Assembly: GCA_963774955.1 (NCBI GenBank)
Contig: CAVZGV010000005.1
Location: 30,495-94,494, forward strand
Direction: 5' to 3'
Length of the DNA stretch: 64,000 nt
From: Candidatus Falkowbacteria bacterium
Lineage (GTDB): Bacteria > Patescibacteriota > Patescibacteriia > CAIXNZ01
The position numbers and the translations under genes are program-made. The notes below the pieces were generated by a model that searched no databases, had not been told where the DNA came from, and saw nothing but the letters and a program-made list of their open reading frames with translations. How positions within the stretch are numbered: the stretch's first letter is position 1; each line of letters opens with the position of its first letter. This document shows, one piece after another, positions 39,826-48,724 of this stretch.

Positions 39826-40114
39826 GGCAGGTACCTCCTTTCTTAGAATTTTAAAGACCTACATGTATCATAAAACATCAGTATAATACAGCAAGGAAAT
39901 TAAATCATAAAATTTGATAATATTTTGTAACAAAATTAATGTAAATCCTTTTAAACCATTAAAACACAGGTTTTAACTGAACAAAAAACTGTTAAAAATC
40001 ACTAACAAAAATATCCACAGCCCCTTGTAATTTCAACTGCCATTCATTGACAAAGTCGCTTATTTTTGATAATCTGAATCATTAACCAGTTCTTTAGACA
40101 AAGGAGAAGATATA

Positions 40115-41287
40115 ATGAAAAAATCAAAAACCATGGTAATCATCGGCCTTGTGATTATGGAGCTTTTGGCTAGCATTGATACCACCGGAGTTACGGTCAT
40201 GGTGCCGACTTTGCAAGCATATTTTAAAATCCCGCCGGAAATAGCCGGTTGGATTTTAATGGCCTATCTGATTCCCTTTTCTGTTTGCCTGGTGCCCATG
40301 GGCTATCTGGCTGACAGAATCGGCAAACCGGAAAAAGTCATTGTCTGGGGTATTTTAACTTTTGCCCTGGCTTCAGGGCTGTGCGGACTGGCAGTTAACG
40401 AATACATGCTGATCGCCTGCCGAATTGTCAAAGGCATGGCTGCGGCCGGCATGTTTGCCTGCGAATTTGCCATTATCCTTAAATACTGGCAGGAACCGCG
40501 ACGCATCGTAGAAATCATCATGATCGGTCTGGCAGTCGGCGTTTTAATCGGTCCCATCTGCGGCGGCTTATTTTCCAGTCCCGAAACCTGGCGTTACTTT
40601 TTTCTGATCGGAACAGTTTTAGCCCTGATAGGCTTTATCGCCTACCAATGGATTAAAAATCTGGAACCGATAAAACGCGAAGCAGACACCCTAACAGTCC
40701 AACCGCAAACCTTCAGCCAAAAAGCTAAACTGCTGATAAAAATCATGTTCTGGGGCATGATCCTTGATTTCATAATTTCAGCGGCCACCCAGGGCGCCAA
40801 TCTGCTTATCACTTTGCAGGTTCAAGAAAATCTGCACAAAACTCCGCTTTATAACGGCATGATTCTACTGGTAATCGCTCTGGGCATGATCCTGGCCAAT
40901 ACTTTGGGCCTAAGCAGTAAACTGTTTAAGGAAATCCGCTATGCAGTCATGGCCAGCGGATCCGCCTTTGCCCTAATGCTCGTTTTAACCGCTTTGCTGA
41001 CTGACTGGACAGGAATTTTGGCCTTTGGCTTTTACTTTATCATGGGTATAAGTCTGGGCATTATTCTGGCCACAGTCGAACTTATGGTTTTGACCCCATT
41101 GCCCACCCAACAACTGGCTCAAGGCAACGGCTGGATTGTCAGTTCCATGCAGGCCGGTTATGGTCTGGCTTCGGCCCTGATTCCCTGGCTGTTTTTAAGG
41201 ACAGGTATAACCATGGCCGCGTGCATTTTGGCCGGACTGGTTTACCTGGCTCTTGGTTCTTTCTTTATTTTCCAAAAACGAAAGTAA
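40115..41287 (+). CDS. MFS transporter (drug/H+ antiporter-like)
   Basis: 'LASIDTTGVTVMVPTL', 'GYLADRIG', 'GPICGG', about 12 TMs. Confidence 0.85.
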   Translation: MKKSKTMVIIGLVIMELLASIDTTGVTVMVPTLQAYFKIPPEIAGWILMAYLIPFSVCLVPMGYLADRIGKPEKVIVWGILTFALASGLCGLAVNEYMLIACRIVKGMAAAGMFACEFAIILKYWQEPRRIVEIIMIGLAVGVLIGPICGGLFSSPETWRYFFLIGTVLALIGFIAYQWIKNLEPIKREADTLTVQPQTFSQKAKLLIKIMFWGMILDFIISAATQGANLLITLQVQENLHKTPLYNGMILLVIALGMILANTLGLSSKLFKEIRYAVMASGSAFALMLVLTALLTDWTGILAFGFYFIMGISLGIILATVELMVLTPLPTQQLAQGNGWIVSSMQAGYGLASALIPWLFLRTGITMAACILAGLVYLALGSFFIFQKRK

Positions 41288-41386
41288 ATTTTAAAACTCT
41301 CCCGAATCGCGGGAGAGTTTTTCTTTTCCAATTTTTATATAAAAGAAAAAAGGACTTCGCGTTCGAAGTCCTTGGGGTGGTTATTT

Positions 41387-41461
41387 TGGGGTGGACGAAG
41401 GGATTTGAACCCTCAACCCCTAGGGCCACAACCTAGTGCTCTACCATTGAGCTACGTCCAC
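41387..41461 (-). tRNA. tRNA-His(GTG)
   Basis: GTGGACG/CGTCCAC acceptor, CTAGG-TTGTGGC-CCTAG anticodon arm, C73, encoded CCA. Confidence 0.95.
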
Positions 41462-41543
41462 ATCCCTAGGTAACCTTTAAGGTTTATATCGCAACTTAAC
41501 ATATAACATTTTAGATGTCAAGTCACTCAAAACCGTTACCTGA

Positions 41544-42908
41544 TTATTTCTCGGTCAGCCGTTCGATCACCTCGTCAACAGTAAGTAACTCCTGCTTCTT
41601 TGTTTCCAAAGCTTTCAGGGTCACTTTGTTGTCTTTGGCTTCATTGGCTCCGTAGATAATCAAATATGGAACGCCGCGGTTAAGTGTGTAGATCAGCTGT
41701 CCTTTCAGGGTCAGCTCATAGCCCAGATAAATTTCGGTTTTAATGCCGGCGGCACGCAGCTTGCTGGCAATGACCAAAATGTCGTTTTGCAGCGTGGCAT
41801 CAATATTGGCGATCATTACCTTGGCCGTGGCTTTTTCCCTGGGTAAAATTCCCAGCTGATCCATGGCCGCGATCAGACGGTCAACGCCGACTGAAGCACC
41901 CACTGCCGGAACTTTTTCCCCGGTATAGCGCATGACCAGATCGTCGAAACGTCCGCCGGAAAAGACCGAACCGATTTGCGGCAGGTCAGTCAGCGTGGTT
42001 TCGAAAACCGGACCGGTGTAATAGCCCAAGCCTCTGGCAATGGACAGGTCAAACTTCCAGTTGGCTTGCGGGATACCAAGCAGTTGAAGGTTGGCGATGA
42101 TTTGTTCGCATTCGCTGACACCTTCTTCGGCTACGGCAACGCCGGCAAAAAAACTTTTCAGCCCGTTGATCAGGCTTAATGAATCAATATTGCCTTCTGA
42201 CAAGGCTAAAAATTCCTTGATCTTTTCGACACTGGCATCATCCAGAGCCAAGGCAGACTCGTCATACTGGTTATCGGGCTGGCGCTGCAGTTCTTTGACT
42301 ACTTCGTCCAGACCGATCTTATCCAGTTTATCCAAGATGCGAAAAACATCAGCTGAACGTTCAGGCGCAAACCCGGCCACTGCAGGCAGACCATTGAGAA
42401 TTTTGCGGTTGTTGAAACGGATGACGTAATTTTTGAGGCCCAAGTTGCGCAGAGTTTCGTACATCAGCTGAATGATTTCCGTGTCGGAAAGAATCGAGTT
42501 GCTGCCGACAATGTCAGCATCAAACTGGGCAAATTCACGGAATCTGCCGGCCTGAGGTTTTTCATGACGCCAGACCATCCCGTACTGATAGCGCTTAAAC
42601 GGCTTAAGTATATCCGGATAAGCCGCGACCACTCGAGATAAGGGCACTGTCAGATCGAACCTGAGTGTAACGTCCTGGTCTCCGGACTGAAAGCGATAGA
42701 CTTCCATTTTGAATTCATCACGATCTGTGCCCAAAACAGAAGAACGCTCCAGACCGGGTGTATCCAAAGGCACAAAGCCAAAGCTTTCAAAAGTCTCCCG
42801 AATTTTGGCAATGATTTTCTGCCGGGGGATCATAACCTCCGGCAAATAATCGCGAAAACCGCCCAAAAGGTCCGGTTTCAAACGTGTTTTTGTTTCCTTG
42901 TCGCTCAT
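41544..42908 (-). CDS. hisS: histidine--tRNA ligase
   Basis: LRFDLTVPL, WRHEKPQAGRFREF, ARGLGYYTG, GGRFDDL. Confidence 0.96.
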   Translation of the reverse strand: MSDKETKTRLKPDLLGGFRDYLPEVMIPRQKIIAKIRETFESFGFVPLDTPGLERSSVLGTDRDEFKMEVYRFQSGDQDVTLRFDLTVPLSRVVAAYPDILKPFKRYQYGMVWRHEKPQAGRFREFAQFDADIVGSNSILSDTEIIQLMYETLRNLGLKNYVIRFNNRKILNGLPAVAGFAPERSADVFRILDKLDKIGLDEVVKELQRQPDNQYDESALALDDASVEKIKEFLALSEGNIDSLSLINGLKSFFAGVAVAEEGVSECEQIIANLQLLGIPQANWKFDLSIARGLGYYTGPVFETTLTDLPQIGSVFSGGRFDDLVMRYTGEKVPAVGASVGVDRLIAAMDQLGILPREKATAKVMIANIDATLQNDILVIASKLRAAGIKTEIYLGYELTLKGQLIYTLNRGVPYLIIYGANEAKDNKVTLKALETKKQELLTVDEVIERLTEK

Positions 42909-43090
42909 AGAAATAACCTCCTTAAAAATTTACGAATATCTAATTATTACCACAAATCCTATTTGCTGGCAATAGCCAAAAACCAAATTGACAAAGAACA
43001 GAGTTCATTTCAACTTAGCATAAAAACTTAATTATTGTCAAGTATTAAAAATGACCAAGATTTCTTATCTTGGTCATTAGCTGATAGTCG

Positions 43091-44290
43091 TCAGACAACA
43101 CAATATTCTCTCAAAATCAGCTCGTAGATCTGAGCTGAGAAAATCAGGCTTTCAATGGTAACATGTTCCGTAGCCTGATGGGAGATTGCTTGTGGAGCCG
43201 GCCCCAAAGCAATACACTTTGTGCCAAAAGCCTGATTGAGCATCTGAGCGTCATAATAGCCTACTCGGCTAATCTGGCTATAAGCATCTTTACCTGTGAC
43301 TCTTAACAACGCTCTTTCAACAGGCTTCAATGATTCACGCGCGGTAAAAAGACAAGCTTTATCATGCCGGATGATCAAACTCTCAGGTGGCAGATTACCG
43401 CCTCCTTTTTTAATCAGCTGACTGAAATGATTGGTCAAGGTTTTTGCTGAAACACCAGGCTCGGCAATCCGTGATTCTATGACAACTTCCGCATAGTCCG
43501 GGACATTGTTACCATTACGACCGATTTCAAAACCTTGATCCTGACTAGACGGTTTATATAAACCGCCATTAATTGCCGCCAAATTAAAAACATTTGGCCC
43601 CAATTCAGGATGATTATACTGGCCGAATTTCAGTTTTAAATCGTTAAAAGCTGAAACTGCCAATAAAATCGCATTAAGCGAATTTTCTGGAACAGAAGCG
43701 TGACCTGTTCTCCCTTTAACGGCCGAACGAAATTCTGCCAGACCGCGACAACCATTAATAATCTGCAAATCAGTCGGTTCGCAGAAAATTGCCAATGGCG
43801 CTTGGTACAATGGCAAGGGTTCTTCGATCAGAGCTTCCATGCCCAAAAAATCATACTCTTCATCGCAATAAAAAACCAAAGCCACATTTTGAAGCAGTCT
43901 TGTCAGTTTAACAACCGCTGCTAAAAGAGCGGCAGTTCCGCCCTTCATGTCAACGCTGCCTAATCCATAAATGGAAGTATCATCTTGTCTGATGACGATT
44001 TTACCATCGACCAGTTGTCCCTCCTTAGGCTCAACCGTGTCCAAGTGGCAGAAAAAAATAAGCCTTGGCACCCTGCCTGGACAATCAGTGGCAATCAGAT
44101 TGAATCGCCGTCCTGTTTTTTCAGTTTTACCGGCTACATCGGGTATCACCTGGCGACTGAAAGAAAAATTTGGGCAACGCTGCTGTAAAAATTTTTCGAT
44201 AAAAAGAGCCAATTCTCCTTCATTGTTGCCATTACCCACAAAACTAGGAATAGCAACCAGATCCTTCAATATACCTACGACATCAGACAT
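43091..44290 (-). CDS. M20 family metallo-deacylase (ArgE/DapE-like)
   Basis: CHLDTV, GSVDMKGG, DEE, EPT, GHAS, SHQATE; likely start MSDV at 44290 with AAGGAGG SD. Confidence 0.85.
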   Translation of the reverse strand: MSDVVGILKDLVAIPSFVGNGNNEGELALFIEKFLQQRCPNFSFSRQVIPDVAGKTEKTGRRFNLIATDCPGRVPRLIFFCHLDTVEPKEGQLVDGKIVIRQDDTSIYGLGSVDMKGGTAALLAAVVKLTRLLQNVALVFYCDEEYDFLGMEALIEEPLPLYQAPLAIFCEPTDLQIINGCRGLAEFRSAVKGRTGHASVPENSLNAILLAVSAFNDLKLKFGQYNHPELGPNVFNLAAINGGLYKPSSQDQGFEIGRNGNNVPDYAEVVIESRIAEPGVSAKTLTNHFSQLIKKGGGNLPPESLIIRHDKACLFTARESLKPVERALLRVTGKDAYSQISRVGYYDAQMLNQAFGTKCIALGPAPQAISHQATEHVTIESLIFSAQIYELILREYCVV

Positions 44291-44399
44291 GACCTTATCC
44301 TCCTTTAAACTCTGACTTAATGATTGATTAAATTTAACAGCCTCAATTATAACTGTCAAGTTAACATAATCTTTTGTTATATAAAAAACCGGCTAAGGA

Positions 44400-45278
44400 T
44401 TACTTAGCCGGTAAGTTGGTTAAGAGACATTTAAGCTCTTCAACAAAGCCGGTGCCGTCTTTGGGCAAACGAAATACTTTGCGCTCCAAATCGGAACAAA
44501 GTACTTGCCGCCCGCTGACAGCCCCGATGGCTTCAAAAAGCTTAATGGTCTGCCCCAAAAAGAAGCGCGAGCAGGCAAGCTGGTCCTTATCCGGAATACT
44601 TGCCCAATCATTTGGTTTGCCTAAGGGCAAAAGATAAGGAATGCCGGTATTTTGGCCGTGGACCAAGGTCATCCCGGAAAATGGGACTCCGGGATAAAAA
44701 TCACGCTCGCAAATTTCATCGATAACGTCATCATAACGGCGAACGCAGATTACCTTAACCTTTTCTTTTTCCACGACATCGATACCGCTCTTGATTCCAA
44801 TGCCGCAGCAAACAACTCGCACTTTGACATTGATGTCTTTAAGACGGTTTATAGCTTTGACTGCGCCTTTACCGAAATAAACGACATCATCGATCAAAAC
44901 AGCCTCCCTGATTCCAGCCGCTTTGATTTCATCCAAGCCCCAGTTTTCATTAGGCGTGCCATCACGGTAACCATAACCGACTCTTTCCAAATCTTCATCG
45001 TACAGTCTGGAGCTGTCAATACGAAAATTCGGCTCACTGTAAACTCTGTCAATGGAAATCGTCGGTAAATTTTGCTGAGTCATAATTTCAGCAATGCCTG
45101 TTTGCAGCGTTTCCTCTCCGACCAATTCAAATTGCGGGAAAATACCAGACATGAATCGAATTGATTCTTGTCTGATGGCCGCGAAAAAATGCGCTGGCGG
45201 CAAATTGAAACCTCTGGTTGCAGCCCATTGTTTGAGCAACAGGTAAATATCCGCGGAAACGACGTATTTCTTGTTCAT
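44400..45278 (-). CDS. type I phosphoribosyltransferase-fold protein (paralogue C)
   Basis: 'VLIDDVVYFGKG' PRPP-loop-like motif; shares DFYP, PYLLP and WASIP blocks with the 48725 and 49894 ORFs. Confidence 0.7.
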   Translation of the reverse strand: MNKKYVVSADIYLLLKQWAATRGFNLPPAHFFAAIRQESIRFMSGIFPQFELVGEETLQTGIAEIMTQQNLPTISIDRVYSEPNFRIDSSRLYDEDLERVGYGYRDGTPNENWGLDEIKAAGIREAVLIDDVVYFGKGAVKAINRLKDINVKVRVVCCGIGIKSGIDVVEKEKVKVICVRRYDDVIDEICERDFYPGVPFSGMTLVHGQNTGIPYLLPLGKPNDWASIPDKDQLACSRFFLGQTIKLFEAIGAVSGRQVLCSDLERKVFRLPKDGTGFVEELKCLLTNLPAK

Positions 45279-45366
45279 CACCTCTCCTCTCAATATCCTT
45301 AAAGTTAAGGACGGCTATAAAATGCTCCGATTTTTCTTTTTTCCAAAGGACACTTTAGCTTATAAC

Positions 45367-45391
45367 AAAAAAATCCCTTTGACAAGGGACT
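45367..45391 (-). terminator. attenuator terminator
   Basis: AGTCCCTT-GTCA-AAGGGATT plus U-tract. Confidence 0.85.
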
Positions 45392-45437
45392 GATCGTTTT
45401 TTCCTAAAAACTTAGACTAATTAGGCAGAAAATCAAA

Positions 45438-45506
45438 TCAAACCAATCCCTTAAGAAAGAGATGGGTGTGATGGTGTAAAACTGATAAATTGAATCTAAG
45501 TTTCAT
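45438..45506 (-). promoter_or_regulatory. His leader peptide MKLRFNLSVLHHHTHLFLKGLV (attenuator)
   Basis: 4 His codons in 5; 3' end AAGGGATTGGTT complementary to the terminator 5' arm; TTGACA (45537-42)/TGcTATAAT (45513-18) promoter. Confidence 0.85.
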
Positions 45507-45588
45507 GCTCATATTATAGCAAACCCAAATTATCAGTGTCAAATATAAAAGGTCGCCCTTGAAAAGGCGACCTCTTGAATGAATATTT

Positions 45589-46383
45589 TTATAAACTCGA
45601 AATCCAGAGCAAGCATTCTGCCACACCTTCAGTATAAGTCCTTTGAGACACGAATCCTGAGTGTTTCTTCAAGGCCTCCGAGGCATTAGCAACAGCGCAA
45701 TGAATTACCGCTTCATCGGCGATAATATCAATATCGCCATCGCCGATCATGAAGAATTTGTAATCAGGAAAAACAGCTTTTAGTTTATGATAGCCATCGG
45801 TTTTACTGACTCCTTGGACATTGAGTGTGGCAAAACCATAGCTGTGATTATAGTCTATGGGATTCAATCCTTCGGGGACAGGAATCTTACTGACAATGTC
45901 CAGGCACTCTTTGCTCCAGACGTCATTAATCTGCGGCAAACCACTGCTGTCCGTGACCATAAAATAAAAGCCGATTGTCTGTTGGCGCAAACCGTCAATG
46001 ATAATCATTTTTCTGTTGGGCTCAAAATGTTTTTTTTCTCTGATCCAGGTGGCGGAATCGCCAACCATGGGCACCGCGTCGCGGGCAGTAAAAGCCTCTT
46101 TGAGCTGAAAAATGAAATCCTGGATGCCGAGAATATTTCTCGGAAAGATCGTTTTGTCTTCGATTACCACCACGGCACCTTTTTCGCCCACAATAACTTC
46201 CGGGGCAAAACCCAACATCTTTTGGAAGTTGTATTTCAGTCTGGCAATTGGTGTATCCGAATTAGGCACAATCACGACACCTGCCTGTATCAACTCTTGA
46301 AGTAAAGCAGTGATATCAGCAGTGACCTGGTACTGTCGGTTACAGATGGTACCGTCCTGATCAAGCATGATCAATTTCTTCAT
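45589..46383 (-). CDS. HAD-IIB (Cof-like) phosphatase
   Basis: MLDQDGT motif I, SKT, IGDGDID, AVANA. Confidence 0.8.
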   Translation of the reverse strand: MKKLIMLDQDGTICNRQYQVTADITALLQELIQAGVVIVPNSDTPIARLKYNFQKMLGFAPEVIVGEKGAVVVIEDKTIFPRNILGIQDFIFQLKEAFTARDAVPMVGDSATWIREKKHFEPNRKMIIIDGLRQQTIGFYFMVTDSSGLPQINDVWSKECLDIVSKIPVPEGLNPIDYNHSYGFATLNVQGVSKTDGYHKLKAVFPDYKFFMIGDGDIDIIADEAVIHCAVANASEALKKHSGFVSQRTYTEGVAECLLWISSL

Positions 46384-46412
46384 TCTCCAACCCTCCGTTT
46401 TGCTGACTGCGA

Positions 46413-47400
46413 TTATTTTAAACCGTCTAGGAATTTTTTTGACCTGAGTTCAAATTCTGCCCCCATGGCCTGATAAAGCCACAGCCTTTCAGGCGAAGTG
46501 CAATAATCGCATTTACAGGCCAAATAAACTGACAGCCAATACAAAAGACTGAGCTCCAGCAACGCATGACTGAAAATCCGGTCTTGCTCATACTTGGCAA
46601 TTTCTCTAGTTATGGTATATTTCAACATTTCTAAGGAAATAGCCTCATTCTTTCTCTGTAACTCCAGCTCTTTGCGCCAAATCGAAGTGTAGTAGCCAGC
46701 CAGGTCAAAAACGACATTACCAATCGCTGCAGACTCTTCCAGATACGGCAGGGCCTGTCTAGGATCAATGAATTTAACGGACTGATCACTTATCAGCAAT
46801 GATAATATTGCCGACTGTCAGATCCTTATGGGCTAGCGATAAAATCGAATTACGGGTAAATATCTTGGCCTTAGTTTGGATTTTTTCCAGTAGCAACTGG
46901 TTGCTCTGATTATCCAAACCGGCTCTTAATATATTCACCTTCAAAGCTCCGAGTAATTCTTCAAAGAAGTCTGACGATTTCAGCTGGCCCGTCTTACCAT
47001 TTATCATGCTCTCAAGAAAAATCAACCTGATTTTATGTAGAATTTCCAGATTGATTTTAACCAGAGTCTCCAATTGCTGTTTGCTACCGTTAAATTCTAA
47101 GACTGTGGTTTCCATGTCCTTCTGGCCTACGTCTTCTATCTCCCAAATAGCCAGGTCTGAGTCCTGGTAAACCAATTCAACCCGCGGGAATACCTCCCGG
47201 TATGATTTCAAGACTGATTGAAATTTGCCATAATTAGCCAGTTCTCTCTGCGCTTCTGAAACAGATCCAACCTTGAATATCCGGTCATTGACCCTGAAGA
47301 CCTCGGTCGAAGATGATCCAGCCAGTTTAATGATTGTAAAAGTGCTACCAATGATGGCCTTGACCCTCAACTTCGCTTGTAGAAAATCCTTAAACTCCAT
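46413..47400 (-). CDS. APH/choline-kinase-like phosphotransferase (frameshift near 46790)
   Basis: GSSS loop, FKVG, HKDLTVGN in one frame and KFIDPR in the next. Confidence 0.7.
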
Positions 47401-47420
47401 AGCTATCTCCTTTCTGCGGC

Positions 47421-48095
47421 TTAAACCAATATTTTGTCTATATCTAAAATTATTTTAACATTAAAATCGGCGACCTTGGATCTTTTTTTATTATTCACAA
47501 AAATAGTTTTAATCCCTAATTTTTTTGCTGGGATTATGTCGGTTTCTTCCTGATCGCCTATTACCACACAATTGGCTGGTTTTATATTATAAGCTTTAAT
47601 TATCTCCTGAAAATAATTACCAAATCCCTTACGTAAATCGGCTTCGCCGGAAAAAATTCGATTTTTAAATATATCATTAATTTTCAATTCCTGCAAGACC
47701 CTGGATATCCAAATCATTGGCGCGTCGGAAACTACAACTAAACCATAGTTCGACCTTAATTTTAATAATAACTTTCTCAAACCTGAATTTGGCTTAATAT
47801 ATTTTTCAGCTGGGATATTCCAGACCTCTTTAAAATACTGATAACGGTCAAACCCAAAATTTTTCTCCAGGGCAATACTAATATCCTCACCATATTGTTT
47901 ATTTATCTCCTCTAAAATTTTAACGGCTTCAGCTTTTGTTTTATGTAGCTTCTTCATCACATATTTAAGAGCATTAGCCAGAACTTTTTTCTGCAAACCT
48001 GAATTTTTAAAGGAACCCTCTACAAAATTATAGAGGGTGCCGTCCATATCAAAAATGATTAATTTTTTTCTGACAATTTTATTTTTTGCTTTCAT
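47421..48095 (-). CDS. HAD-IA hydrolase (nucleotidase-like)
   Basis: IFDMDGTLY, VVSD, IGDQEETDI. Confidence 0.85.
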   Translation of the reverse strand: MKAKNKIVRKKLIIFDMDGTLYNFVEGSFKNSGLQKKVLANALKYVMKKLHKTKAEAVKILEEINKQYGEDISIALEKNFGFDRYQYFKEVWNIPAEKYIKPNSGLRKLLLKLRSNYGLVVVSDAPMIWISRVLQELKINDIFKNRIFSGEADLRKGFGNYFQEIIKAYNIKPANCVVIGDQEETDIIPAKKLGIKTIFVNNKKRSKVADFNVKIILDIDKILV

Positions 48096-48630
48096 ATTCT
48101 TTAATTAACTCTAAAATCTTGGCCACAGCCTCCTCGGGATTATTAGCCCCAATGGCTTTCATGCGCTGACGCGAATCAAAATATTTATCCGCCATTTCTT
48201 CAGCCCAACCGCCGGTGCCTTTAATGACTACAATCGGAATATTCAGCTGATAAGCGACCAGCATTTCGGTCATCGTGCCTGAACCTCCGGAAACAGCAAT
48301 TATACCGTCGCAACTGTTAACCAAAACAAACTCGCGGCCACCCCCTCTTTCCAGTCCGCTGCAGATTAAAACATCAGTATTGGCTTCTTTATCCCAAATA
48401 TCCTTACCCTTACCATAAGTCACACCGACTGTCAGCCCCTTGGCTTTCTTGGCCCCGCGGGCAGCAGCGGTTGATAAGGAATCATAATCCTTTTCCGCGC
48501 CATAAACCGTAATATTACCGCTTTGAGCGATTAAGCCGCCAACTTCTTCAGCAATTTTTTCAATTTCTTCAGTGTATTTAGTATCAGCAGCCGAACCCAT
48601 TACTCCGATTTGATATTTTCTTTTGGACAT
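48079..48630 (-). CDS. SLOG/LOG superfamily protein (TIGR00725-like)
   Basis: IGVMGS, GAKKAKGLTVG, SGGSGTMTEM, GTGGWA. Confidence 0.85.
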   Translation of the reverse strand: MSKRKYQIGVMGSAADTKYTEEIEKIAEEVGGLIAQSGNITVYGAEKDYDSLSTAAARGAKKAKGLTVGVTYGKGKDIWDKEANTDVLICSGLERGGGREFVLVNSCDGIIAVSGGSGTMTEMLVAYQLNIPIVVIKGTGGWAEEMADKYFDSRQRMKAIGANNPEEAVAKILELIKEYESKK

Positions 48631-48724
48631 AATAATGAAAAATTAATGACTAAATTTACTTTAAAAATACCATATATTTATGAAAATTAAAAGTCCGCTT
48701 CCGAAGAAGCGGACTTGTAGGAAC

